Of a DNA stretch of 49,441 nucleotides, positions 23,464 through 34,530 are shown in pieces; the stretch's first letter is position 1, and each line of letters opens with the position of its first letter. The translations under genes and the position numbers were made by a program. Origin of the DNA: Vicugna vicugna (lineage: Eukaryota); the NCBI GenBank assembly GCA_013265495.1, contig MU058045.1, positions 965,986 to 1,015,426 on the forward strand, given 5' to 3'. The notes under the pieces were generated by a model. The model saw only the letters and a list, made by a program, of their open reading frames with translations. It did no database searches and was not told the origin of the DNA.

Positions 23464-25284
23464 GGCCTGGGTTGTGAAGAGTGCCCATCAGCCAGAGATC
23501 CAGGATCCTAGAACAGAGTTTCCATGACAGTTCCTCCGGGTACAGTGGCAAGATGCGATTTGAGATTTTTCTCCCTTTGGGAAGGAGGTGATTGTCGTTT
23601 TGGTTGCACTTGGGGGAGTTGCATTAGGACACGTGCATTGTTAGATTAGTGCAGTTTCTCACCTGCGTGTGGACCTGCGTGCACAGGCTCACATGTGCTG
23701 GCTGGGCAGCCGGGGGAGGTGCTCATGGACTTGTGTTTCTCTTCTCTCTCTTGAACCCAATACCTGCTTATTGCCTGTGGTTCAGACGCAGGGGACATAC
23801 ACCCCCATCCTGCCCTCGATCCCCAGGCCAAGCCACTGTAGCAGGCATTTAACACAGACTCCGGCCTGGTGATGAGTCAGAGTGACCCCTAGGTATAGTT
23901 CACAGGGACAAATAGTAGCGCAGGATCCATTTCAAAGCAGGAAACAGAAAACAACTTACCCGCTCTGCCTGCTTCCAGCTCTTCAGAGGAAGGTACTTTG
24001 AGCTCTCTCACCCATGTCTTCGGGGTTTTATTTCTTATTTCCAAATAATATGCTCCTACTAATATGACTCGATTTGACCACAGTTTTGAATGCTATCTGT
24101 TCACTTCCTGCTGCGGAAGGCAATGCACTTACACCTCTCCCTCTACGCCACCAATAGAGTTAAATCACAGTTGTTAAATAATTATTTAGCATTATCACTT
24201 AAACTGTATCAGTATTTTGAGCTGAGCCATGTAGCTTACTACAATTAGATTTCCTTTCTTATACACTATTTTGTTTTTCCTAAACTTATTGTCATTTTCC
24301 CCCCTTTGCTTATCATAATTCTTGCCTTGAATGACTTCACAGCTAAGAAATTCCCATGGATGTGATGGAAAGCACATCAAATGGTCTCTTTAATATTTCC
24401 CTCTATTCCAACCCAGATGGGCAGCTTCTCCAAGCCTCTAGGTGCCTCGGCTGCCCGGGGCTTCCCTTCACTGTCTTGAGACTTTTCATCACCTCTTTCT
24501 TCCGTTGGAGCCCCTTTCCTGGGACTCACGCCTTCTTTCTCGATTTGCCTCCTCACTGTGACGGAACACGTCCCCCCTGGCTTTCTGAGAAAGAGTAACT
24601 GAGAAGTGAACATCTTGAGATGAGATACTGTGTGTCTGGACATACCTTCCCCCCTCGCAGTGGAGTGATAGGCAGCGTGTAGACAACCTGAGGTCAGAAA
24701 CAACCCAGAGTTTTGAAGGCATTTTTCGTCGTCTCCTAGCTTTCCTTGTTGATGCTGGGAAGTCCGGGCCATTTTGGTTCCTGAACTTTGTTATATATCT
24801 TATTTTGCTTTTGAGAGCTTCCCTTTGGCCTCAGTCATCTGGATTTCACACAGAAGGCCTTCTAGTAATCTCTCTCCTCACCCTTTACTATTGTGTTGGG
24901 TACTTGGTGGGCCTTTCAGTCCTGGTCATCTTCCCTTAAACCTTTGGCAATTACCCCTGGTTTCTCTTTTTGTTCCTTCAGGTTTATTCACTGGACACTG
25001 GGCTTTCTGGTTTAGTCCTCATGTCCTTGTTATTTTTCTCTCCTGTTTTTCCTGTTTTGGCCTTTTGTTCATTTGGAGGACATTTCTTCCATTGCAACTT
25101 CAAATCCTGTTGTATTTCTTTATTGCTGCTGTCTTATTTTTAGACTCTCAAGTTTTTTGATTTTTTAACTGTCACTTCTGTTCTGGTTTCACAGCTACAT
25201 AACATTTTCTCTCCCTGAGCATGTTAATCATTGTTTCTTTGAACCTTTCTCCTGTTTCTTGCATTATATCTTTTTAGTGAATTC

Positions 25285-25349
25285 TTTTTTTTTTTTTTTT
25301 TTTTTTTTTTTTGGGGAATTTTTTTTTTTTTTTTTTTTTGCTTTTTTTT
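25285..25349. repeat. Interrupted poly-T tract (T28-GGGGAA-T21-GC-T8)
   Basis: Read directly from the sequence. Confidence 0.95.
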
Positions 25350-25707
25350 GGAGAGGGGATGGTAGGGATGATTTGGGCACTTTTTTCTTTTTTCTCTGGT
25401 CATATTATCGTTGAAGAATGAAGCACTTAAGAGACATCCGGAAGTTGTGTGGGCAGGGGCAGCGGGGGTGTTGCGTTGTAGGTTTTCTGGGTGGTTATCA
25501 GATAGGGAAGGACTTAGTCATTTTATTGGGGACCCAAAATGTTAGCGTCTGTAGGTCTTTTTGCTTAGTCCCTTTCTGCTGAGAGGGGCCGTGTGGCCTC
25601 CTGCCTGGTGAATAGAGGCTTGGCAGTTAGAGTCTGGGCGCCCATTATGGGGAGGGGGCAGCGAACTCACTGTTCCATATGAAAATTTGTATTTAATCTC
25701 CCATTTT

Positions 25708-26028
25708 CACACTAATGAACTCATCTACAAAACAGAAACAGACTCGCAGACATAGTAAACAATGTTATGGTTACTGGAGGAAAAGGGGTGGGATGGGATA
25801 AATTTGGGAGTTTGAGATTTGCAAATGATAACCACTATATATATAAATAGATAAAAAACACATTTCTTCAGTATAGTGCAGGGAACTATATTCAGTATCT
25901 TATAACAACCTTTAATGAAAAAGAATATGAAAACAAAGGTATGTATGTATGTGCATGACTGGGACATTTACGCTGCACACCAGGAATTGACACACTGTAA
26001 CTGACTATACTTCAGTTTTTTTTTTTAA
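25708..26028 (+). mobile_element. Lineage-specific (artiodactyl/camelid) L1 3' UTR, 5'-truncated
   Basis: aatgaactcatctacaaaacagaaacagactc...gggataaatttgggagtttgag...cagggaactatattcagtatctt...tgtaactgactatacttca. Confidence 0.92.
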
Positions 26029-26554
26029 ATCTATTTTCGGCCTCTCACCTTATCTGTTTCTTTTTCTGCACCTGTTGCCCCCATCGTCAGAACTCCTCTG
26101 GTCCAGTTCCTCTGTTGAACCTCTTTCCTAAGAGGATAGGACAGAGGTAGTTGGGCTGGGTGTGTGCAGTGATGGAGGAGATCTGTAACTGGTCCTCATA
26201 AAGTGTCTAACCAGTCCCCCAGTCTTAGCTCTGCCTCTGGAAGTACCTGGTGCCTCCCATCCCGGAGCCTTGCCTGGGACCTAGCGTAACAGCCAGCATC
26301 CTCCTTTGAATCCCACCCCCTCAACCCCTACTCAGTGGTTTGTCTCCTCTCCTACTCTGAGCCATTTATCACTCATCCACATGCTTTCTGGCTTCCAACA
26401 CTGTATTGACATGTCCGACTGGATATCATTCTGTCCCGTATGCTTTTGGTTTATGGGTTAATACCATTTCTCCCCTTCGAGGTGGAGTCAGGGAGGGGGG
26501 CAGAGATAACCAAGGGTGCTCAGTCTGCTGTGTTTGACGGAACCAGTGTGTGAC

Positions 26555-26740
26555 ATACATCCCCCCTCCAGCCTTCATCACACGGGGTAGGTGGTGGTAT
26601 TCCCGTACTGCAGATAAGGAATGCCGCCTCCCCCAGGCAAAGGGCCTTTGTCAAGGTCAGGTAGCTGACCAACAGCAGAGCCAAGATTTGAACCCAGATG
26701 TGTCTCCGAAACTCATACTCTTTTACCCAGATCACACTTC
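26555..26740 (-). mobile_element. MIR SINE
   Basis: ggtattcccgtactgcagataagg...caaggtcaggtagctg...cagagccaagatttgaacccag. Confidence 0.8.
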
Positions 26741-28179
26741 TCCTGATGCTGTGGGATCACTCAGGGATTCCTTCTCACCACACTGAACAGTATTAATCAG
26801 GAAGGAGCACACACCACTCACCATCCCAAGGCTCCGTGTAGTTCGACTAACAGGGGTTTTTTTTTTTTAATCTTTCCTTTGTTTCCTGAAGCAGTTATTT
26901 CTCTATTTCATCTAACGACTCAGCCTCTGCAGCTGCTGCGGACAGCTTAGAGTTGTCTGAAGGCTGAAGACGAGAACCAAGCCGTGGGCTTACAAGCCAT
27001 CAAACTTGAAAGATGTACTGAGGTGAAACACCACTGCAGAGCCTCCCCGCCAAACCTTTTTTTTAAGTGCTTTCTTCTTTCCAAAATGAAAAAGAACCAC
27101 TTGTACTATACAGGCATAAAAAAAAATCTCCAGCTCACACACATAAAAATCCCCAGCTCTGGTGGTGGTGAAGATTTTTTGGTAACTGCCCACCCCACCC
27201 CAGCGTAGCAGACAGTGTATTCTTCCGAAGCCAAAATAATTGTGTGTTGTGCGTTGAGATTTAGAGTCAGAGATCAGTGCATGTGTGTGGGCCGGCACAT
27301 GTTGCCTTTTCCCCCCTCTCTTTTGGATAAGAATCCTGTCCTAACAGTTAAATAACTTTGTTTTCATACCGAATATTTAAGTTGCAAACTGGAGCCACGT
27401 GAGCAGAGGTTTGAAATCAAGACAGCTGAACTGCCGGGGTCCTTTTGAAGTTCAGCCGTTTGGATGAAACGTAGACTGACTTCACGGGGAGGCGTTCAAG
27501 TGGAGTTTTTCATCCCCTGTATGATCTTGCCCGATTTCTTTTTTCCTAGCCTGACCAAGCCTGGTATTTCCCTTGGCATTCTCAGAGAGGTCCGTATAGT
27601 TCTTGGCAAGTGTGAGGTGCAGTAATACGGGGCTTCCAGAAGAAGTCCATTGCGACTTTTCAGTATAGAGTAAATTAGTCACTTTCAAAGGGAAAATGTG
27701 AAGGTATTGTTTGGGTTTAAATGATTTGTTTTTCTCAGCACAAATGCCCTAGCAACTGAACGTGAAGACAGGTTTATTTCAGCAGAATTTGTAGTAAACA
27801 GTGTGTTCGTTTATGACCCAGCGATGGTACATGTAATAGTCTCATTCATGATTTTCGGGCATGATATAACCAGGCCACGACCTTTCCAAGACATGTTTTG
27901 CCACTTTGTCTGTTTCCCTAGGGTGACTGCTGTTCCAGGTGCCAGGGCTGCGCCAGCGGGCATCCTAGACCCGTCCTGTATAGGGACAGGTGGGCACTTT
28001 GTCGCCCGTAGGGCTTTGGGCTGAGCCCTGGCTCCTGGAGGCAGGGCTTTGAGAAGGGCCCCATCCCGGGCAGATCGGGAGCTGCAGGAAGCAATCCAGG
28101 CTTGGGTGGACCGAGATGTCCCTGATGCTCCTCTTTGAATCACGACTTTGGCTTCTTCTGACTCTGGTTGTTTTATGTC

Positions 28180-28455
28180 TAACATCTGCAGAGTCGATGT
28201 GTGGACCAGATCTTTCCTGAGGCACGCGTTAAAAATGCAGATTGCCAGTCCAACCCTAGGCTCTACTGAACCTGGCTGTTCAGACCCTGGGGCCCGGAAT
28301 CCTGCTTTTCCCTCCACGCATTCGTAGGCAAATCTCCAGGGCCGTGAGTTCCAAATTTAAGGATCAGTTATAAGGATCACATGATGTTCTTACTAAAAAC
28401 ACAAATTCCTGGGAACCACTGAATCAGGGTCTCAAGGGGGCAGGGCCTGGGACAC
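28180..28455. mobile_element. Two MER5-type hAT-Charlie fragments
   Basis: gttaaaaatgcagattgcc...ctactgaacc...ggggcccggaatcctgc and tactaaaaacacaaattcctggg...actgaatcag...gggcctgg. Confidence 0.7.
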
Positions 28456-28924
28456 GGGGAGAGTGGGACCTTGTATTCCAGAAAACTTTGGCTCCTAAGG
28501 CCAAGGTTGCGTACTGGAAACCATCAGAGGAGAGAAACCAGCCCCATCCATGCCTCTGAAAGACTTAGCACCTGTTAATTAGAACAGAAAACTAGCGAGA
28601 GGCTGGGGGGAACCGGGGTCTTTGGGCCCCAAGGCAGGTCACAGCAGAAATTTTCCTAAGTTACTTTTTCCCATTTACCTGGTCCATTTCTCAAAAGTTT
28701 TGAAGCTTTCTGATCCTGCTAAGTTGAAGTCAAGATATAAACTCAGTCCTTATTCTGCTGCTTAAAAGATTAGAGCCAACTTTAAATTCATTTTCTTCCC
28801 CCTAATTGTTTCATAAAGCACACATCATTTGCCTTGACTTTTCAAAAGCTGGTCACTTTGTGTGCTTTTAAAGAAGAAAGATTTTACACACCTGTCATTT
28901 CTTGTATCTTCTGAAGTGTTTTGC

Positions 28925-29035
28925 TTCATCTGCATGTAAACTGTGAGGCTCTGAAGTCCAGAAAGCATGTATTGTTTCTGTGGCCCCCGGGTGCAGGTCG
29001 GTGCCTGGCATGTGAAATGAATGCTGTATGGATGG
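28925..29035 (+). mobile_element. L2 3' end fragment
   Basis: aactgtgaggctc...gtgcctggcatgtgaaatgaatg...tggatgg. Confidence 0.55.
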
Positions 29036-30919
29036 GAAGAATATGTTTTATTTTCCTAAGTTTCTTTTCTTTAGTTAAGACTATCACCGTTAAACATAAC
29101 CTATTGGGGGGGGGGTTTGGCCTTACATCTGGTTGATTATTTGGTTTATTGATTTGAAGATTTATGGAAGGCAAAAGGCTGAATTTTCTTAAAAAAAAAA
29201 AAAGTAAAACTGAAAGACAAAACACAATTGTACATACCTGTAAAGAGATGTCCAGATCCCCTGTATCCTGCTCAGGAAATTTCATTGCATAAATGGGTTA
29301 CTATTAGTTGATGGAAAAATTAAGTTAGCTGGAATCCCCAACTCACCAATCATGCCAGTTAACCGAGGTATTAGTGTCCTGTTTAAACTCTCAGACCTAT
29401 TAAATTAAATGGCCGTGACGTGAAACCTCAGAAAAGTCTTATTGTTGTCCAGAAAGATTGTGTACAGGTGTTGGCTGGCCTGCTTTAGAATAAGAAAAGG
29501 CTCCAGTATTCTCAAAAAATCATTTCCTCTCCTGAGGAAATGACCTGTAGTAAAACAGCCTTTCCAGGATGGCGATCGCTGGCCTTGAGCTTCAAAGAAA
29601 AATCCTTGAGTATTCTTCAAGTTATAGTTTCCATCAGACTTTCTGACTGGATGATGATAATGCTGTGTTTGATTAATAAAGTAATCCCAGGAAATAAAAG
29701 GAGCTGTAATCCCTGCAGACAGAAGTTGTGGGAAACATTTAGTTGCTCAAGAGCATTATTTTTCATGGGAAAAGATGCAAAAGTTTCAGCTTAGGAAATG
29801 AAAAACGTACCTTCTGTCCACTGCGAAAGTTCTGCTCTCCACGCTGGCCTGAGGAGTACTTTTCTTGAGTTGACATTTTGACCCCATGCAATGAAAACAC
29901 TGAGAATTCCGTTTCAAACACAGAAGGTTAATTATTTATAGAAAGGGGAAAAAAGAAAAAAAAACCTCCTTTGTTGAAGAAAAATAATTCCTAATTATCC
30001 ACAACTTTTTGTCAGAGTAAGATACCATTTGACTGCAAAGGGTTCGGAAGGTCCTATGGGCTGTTGTGTGAGCTTCTTAAAATACATTCTCTCATTTGCT
30101 GATCCCCTGGGGTCACGTTCAGCCTGGGGCTCTGTGAACCCCATTTTTCTGATGGAGGAGACCTGTCCGACTCCCTGGACTGCCTCAGCCGCTGGCGCCC
30201 CGACCAGGTTCTGTACCAAGCACGTGAGCTTCAGCCTCTGCCGGGTGGGGTCTTGGGTACCCATTACATACAGGCGGTTCTTCTGTCTGGGTCAAGGCAG
30301 AAAACTTCACCCCCGAGAAGCTCCTCTCTCATTTCATGTTTTCACATCGCGGGTCAGGGCCATGTGGCAAAGGGTTTGAAGTTAAGAGAACAGACACCTG
30401 GAGACACCGTCTCATTAGTAAAAAGGAGAGCTTCCCGTGACATGCCTTCCCTTTGGAAACTTCCTTACTAGACTTTAAGACAGTATAACGTCTGAAGGAG
30501 GAGGGTGAGTGCCCTGTGCCCTACAGGATGTCAAAGGGGAGGGAGCAGAGTAAGAAAGTATTGAGTGCCAAGCAGAATATCCTCAAATGTACAAAAGCAC
30601 AAAATGAGTGGCTGGGAGTCTCGGGTCAGAGGGGAGAGGGTGGGGAGGTGTGGAGGCACTTCCCTTCTGACGGGGGAGAGGGGGGGAGCCCAGGCCCCCC
30701 CCCCACCGGTGCTAGACCTGCACCTGAGCCTTTGAGCACTTTTACAGTCGCTCCAACAGATAGGATCTGCTTCATATTTAGGATACTTGAAGTCGATTAG
30801 GTCTGCCCTCCACCAAAATAGGAAAATTTCCCCAATGGCTTGCCAGCCCAACAGCACGTTTTCTGTAATCCCAGTGGAAGAAAAGCAAATCTGGTGCTGT
30901 CAAAACTTGCTCGAAATCC

Positions 30920-31500
30920 TACCCAAGATGTCCCAAACCCGGCTCATCTTCTCCAGCCCGGCTCTCCCTTCCCTAGTTTGTTTTGATGAGCGAGACCACC
31001 AACCACTCCGTTTTTCCGAGCCAAACGCTCTGGAGTTGATCCTGGCTCCTCCTGTCTCGCTCAGCCCCCACCTCCACTTGATGGGGTTCCCTGTGGACCC
31101 CCCCTCCTCGACATCTATGGAGACGCCGTCTGCGGTGCCTCCGGATGCCCGCTGTCTTCTGGATGACTCCCTAACCCACCTCCTCGTCTCCGGTCCTGCT
31201 CCCTCTCAGCCCATCTTCCACACTGATGCCGGGGGGAGCTTTGAGAAGACGTGGGTTTACTTCCATCAACCCTTCCTTCCCATCCTCCACCTTGTCTCTC
31301 CACCGAGACCTCTCAGAGACCCACGTTGCCCGGGTTCCTGGTGACAGGGCTCAGGGCAGCTGGGACCCCCTCTCCTCCTCGCCTCCTGCCCACACCCACA
31401 GGCAGCCAGCTCTGCCACAGCAGATGTCCTGTGATGATTGCCGGTTGGTGCCACCGCATTAATTTCCTTAAGCAGAGCTCATTTGCTTCACTTCTCTAAG
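30920..31500 (+). mobile_element. L2 remnant
   Basis: atgtcccaaacccggctcatcttc...ctggagttgatcctggctcctcc...cccatcttccacactg, a C/T-rich L2 body. Confidence 0.65.
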
Positions 31501-32184
31501 CCCTGATTTCCTTACCTGCAAAGTAGAGGTAGTCCTGGTTGCCTCACAGTAATTTGGCAGGTGTTCCCAAAACAGCCGTTGCTACCTCCATTATAACTGA
31601 ATTAAGTGTTTATATTGATTTGGAGAGACTGGACATACAAACAGGATAGGAATCTTCCCGTCCAGGCATTTTTTACTCAAATTTTCCTTTATGTCCCTCA
31701 GTATTGTGGAATTCCAAAATAGCAATCCTGTCCATTATTTTTAATTACTTTGTCCTCTGTTTATTACTTTAGTTATTAATCGGCTTTTTTCAGTGTGTTT
31801 TCTGATGGATTTTGACTGGTTGATAAGAAAGGGTTCGTATCCATGTATCTGTTAACTGGCCTCTTTAGTTCAGACAGGTTTTCTGTTGACTCGTTACTGG
31901 CAGGGTAGGCATTCTCATTATCCGCAGGTAACATTTTTGTCTCCTTTAGTTCTTGAAGGGAAACCAAGGAATAGATGCGGTTAGGCTTTGAAATCATAGT
32001 TAAGAAGGGGGCTGACTTGGGCGGCAGAGGGAGACTGTGGGCACCGGGCCGATCTGCAGTGGGGAGGACTGGGCGGCCGACGGCGGAAGCCGAGCAGGTG
32101 GTTTGCAAGTTGTGTTGCCGGTATCCTCCGGGCTGACTGTACTTGTCTCCGGTCTTAACGTGGCTGAAAACATCTGGCTCTGAC

Positions 32185-32390
32185 CGTTGGTTAGTCAGAC
32201 CTGGGTCCACATCCAAAGCCCAATGCCGAAGGGCTTTGAAACCTTAGATAAATTGCTCTACTTCTCGGAGCTTCGGGTTGCATTGTCGTCACGGTAGCAG
32301 TATCAGGTTGCAGGGCTGTCACGGGGGTGAGAGGTGACCTACAGGAGACGGGGTGCACAGCGCCTGGCACACCGCAGAGCCCCGGCAGGT
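32185..32390 (+). mobile_element. MIR SINE
   Basis: gtcagacctgggtcc...aaccttagataaattgct...cacagcgcctggcacac. Confidence 0.6.
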
Positions 32391-32639
32391 GCTTTTGGAG
32401 TTGCTGCTGCCGCTCCGTCCTCATCAGACAGCGGTCCAGCCGGAGACCTCCCTCCCGGTCCCCCTGCACCAGCCCCATCCTGCACCTCCCACATCTGTCC
32501 TCTCAGCTCCCCTCTGGCCTTTCAGCCTGCAGCCATCACTGCCACCCCCACCAGCTCCTGTCCTTGAGCTCTGGCTTCATAAGGAGCATCTTGTTTCCGG
32601 TCTCCACTCACATCCCTCCACGGCTTATCTAGAACCCCC

Positions 32640-33445
32640 AGGTTTTCTCCGTTTCAGAAAATGGCACCGTTGACCCAGTTACTCAGGTAGAAATCTTATT
32701 TCCTCTCCTCCTGTCACCACAGCCCCTTTCTTCCCCAGAAGGAAGCCCTGGTGATTCTGTTCTGAAATCTCTCTCAGATTCCCCCATCTCTGCTGCCAGC
32801 ACACCTGCACCGCACCCTCTTGCCCGGATGCCGTGGTAATTCTCTCAAAAGGGACATGTTGGCTTTACTTGTCCCTGGGGACTGTTCCCTCCAGTCCAGT
32901 CTGCACAAGGTGGCAGAAGTGACTGTCTGACGTTAAGTGAGATTTGGCTACTCTCTGCTAAAATCCATTGATGGTGTTGCTGTAAAATCCAGCTCCTTGC
33001 CGTGGCCTCCACGGCCCTACAGAACTTAGCCCTTGGCTCTGTCACCAGACTCATCTTTATTTCTTTCCTTCTTGTTGGCCATTCTAGCCACAGTGGCTCT
33101 CTTCCCACTCCATGAAATCCCCAAGGACTCTGGGCTCACTGCTTCTTCCTCCAGCTGGAATGGTCTTTGCCCAGCTTTCCTTGTGACTGAATCTGTAACC
33201 TTTAGGCCTCGACTTACTACCTCCTCAGAAGGAGGCACTCCATTCAAGTGATTCTTACAGAGCACCTTGTTTGTTTCTCTAGCACTTACCCGTGATTTGT
33301 AATGATCTCTGTGTGATTATTTGGATCTGTCTGCCCCATTGGCATGTAAATTCCTTGGGCCGAGGTGTCTGGTCCATCTTGACCATCGTTGTATTCCCAG
33401 CACCTGACGTGGTACCCAGTCCAGAGTAGGTTAGTGATGGATGGA
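32640..33445 (+). mobile_element. L2a-like 3' region
   Basis: aatggcaccgttgacccagttactcagg...aaatccagctccttgccgtggcc...gttgtattcccagcacctgac...gatggatgg. Confidence 0.85.
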
Positions 33446-34349
33446 GGACAACTGGCTTCTCCTCTCTACGCAGCCTCAACCCCATCATGAGCCATTCAAG
33501 TCCTGCCCTCCCTGCCTTCCACCAGCTCTTGTTTCCAGTTGTTCCTTCTCTAACAGTCCCAACTTCGCCCTGTGCTCCGGGAAGCTCCAGGAGTTCTCAT
33601 TCGAGAGACAGTGGTTAGGAACATTCTCCAGAGTGACAAGGAAGTTAACTGAAAAAGAGTTGCTCTTTACTCACCTTCAGTCATGAAGACTTGCATCCCG
33701 ATTATACATACAGACACTGAGAACCTGGACTTGAAATGGGGGTGGATGGTCCAAGGCGACCAACTAAAACCAGTTTTGTTCATGCCTCAGAAGTCTCATC
33801 GATGGCCTAAAAAGTCCAGTGTCAGAAGCGACAGGAAGCCTTCCAGCCGTCTTGCTGATGACCCCAGATTTTGCAACTAGAAATGTATTCCTTTAGTCAG
33901 ACTGTCTTGTGTTTACACTGCTCGTGTCTGTAGCATGCGATATGTATAGTAATTACACTTCTGTTCTTGGGGAGAGCTTCTGGTTGAGGGGGTGGGTGGG
34001 AATCACATAATCACAATGAACGCAGGTGGTTTGTCCTGAGGACGTGGGTCACCGTTGCTGGGAAGCCAGGAGGACCCGGCGAGCCTGCACTGCTCCTTGT
34101 TGCCAAGTTCAGCTCCCGAGAAAAGAACCTGTTGGCCCATCTCAGCTGGCCGCCACGGGCCGCGGGCTGTGGCCAGCAGTGGGTTGGCTGACCTCTCTGC
34201 ATGCCCGTCTCATGGGGACTTGAGGGCTACGATTGTGGGGTATAAACCGCAGCTGCCTTGGCTCACCCCTCCCCCAGAGCTCCGATCTAACAGATCCCAC
34301 TTGAAGAGGCTGTAGGCACCCCAGGAAGCATGGCTGGGAGAGCCTCAGT

Positions 34350-34530
34350 AATGAGAAAAGCGAATGTTCATGGTGTCCTTACCGTGGTACCGACGCTACC
34401 CCCAGCGCACCGTGTACACTACTGTTAACCCCACTTCACGGGCGAGGCCCAGACAGGTTAAGTAGCTGGCTCATAATCACCAGATGGGAAGTGAAGGGGC
34501 CAGGATTCCAACCTAAGCAGCGGGCTTAAC
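34350..34530 (-). mobile_element. MIR SINE
   Basis: gaggcccagacaggttaagtagctggctc...gccaggattccaacctaagcag. Confidence 0.7.

Larger units (their letters stand above)
23960..26530 (-). mobile_element. Old HAL1/L1M-type LINE remnant, interrupted by a younger L1
   Basis: T-rich decayed tract with tttccaaataatatgct and gagttttgaaggcatt...gatgctgggaagtccgggccattttggttcctga, similar to 3280-5640. Confidence 0.6.

Noticed and set aside
27550..27690. Candidate coding exon after tttcttttttcctag
   Set aside because: All three frames stop within ~80 nt, no convincing donor precedes the stops, and no peptide is recognisable.
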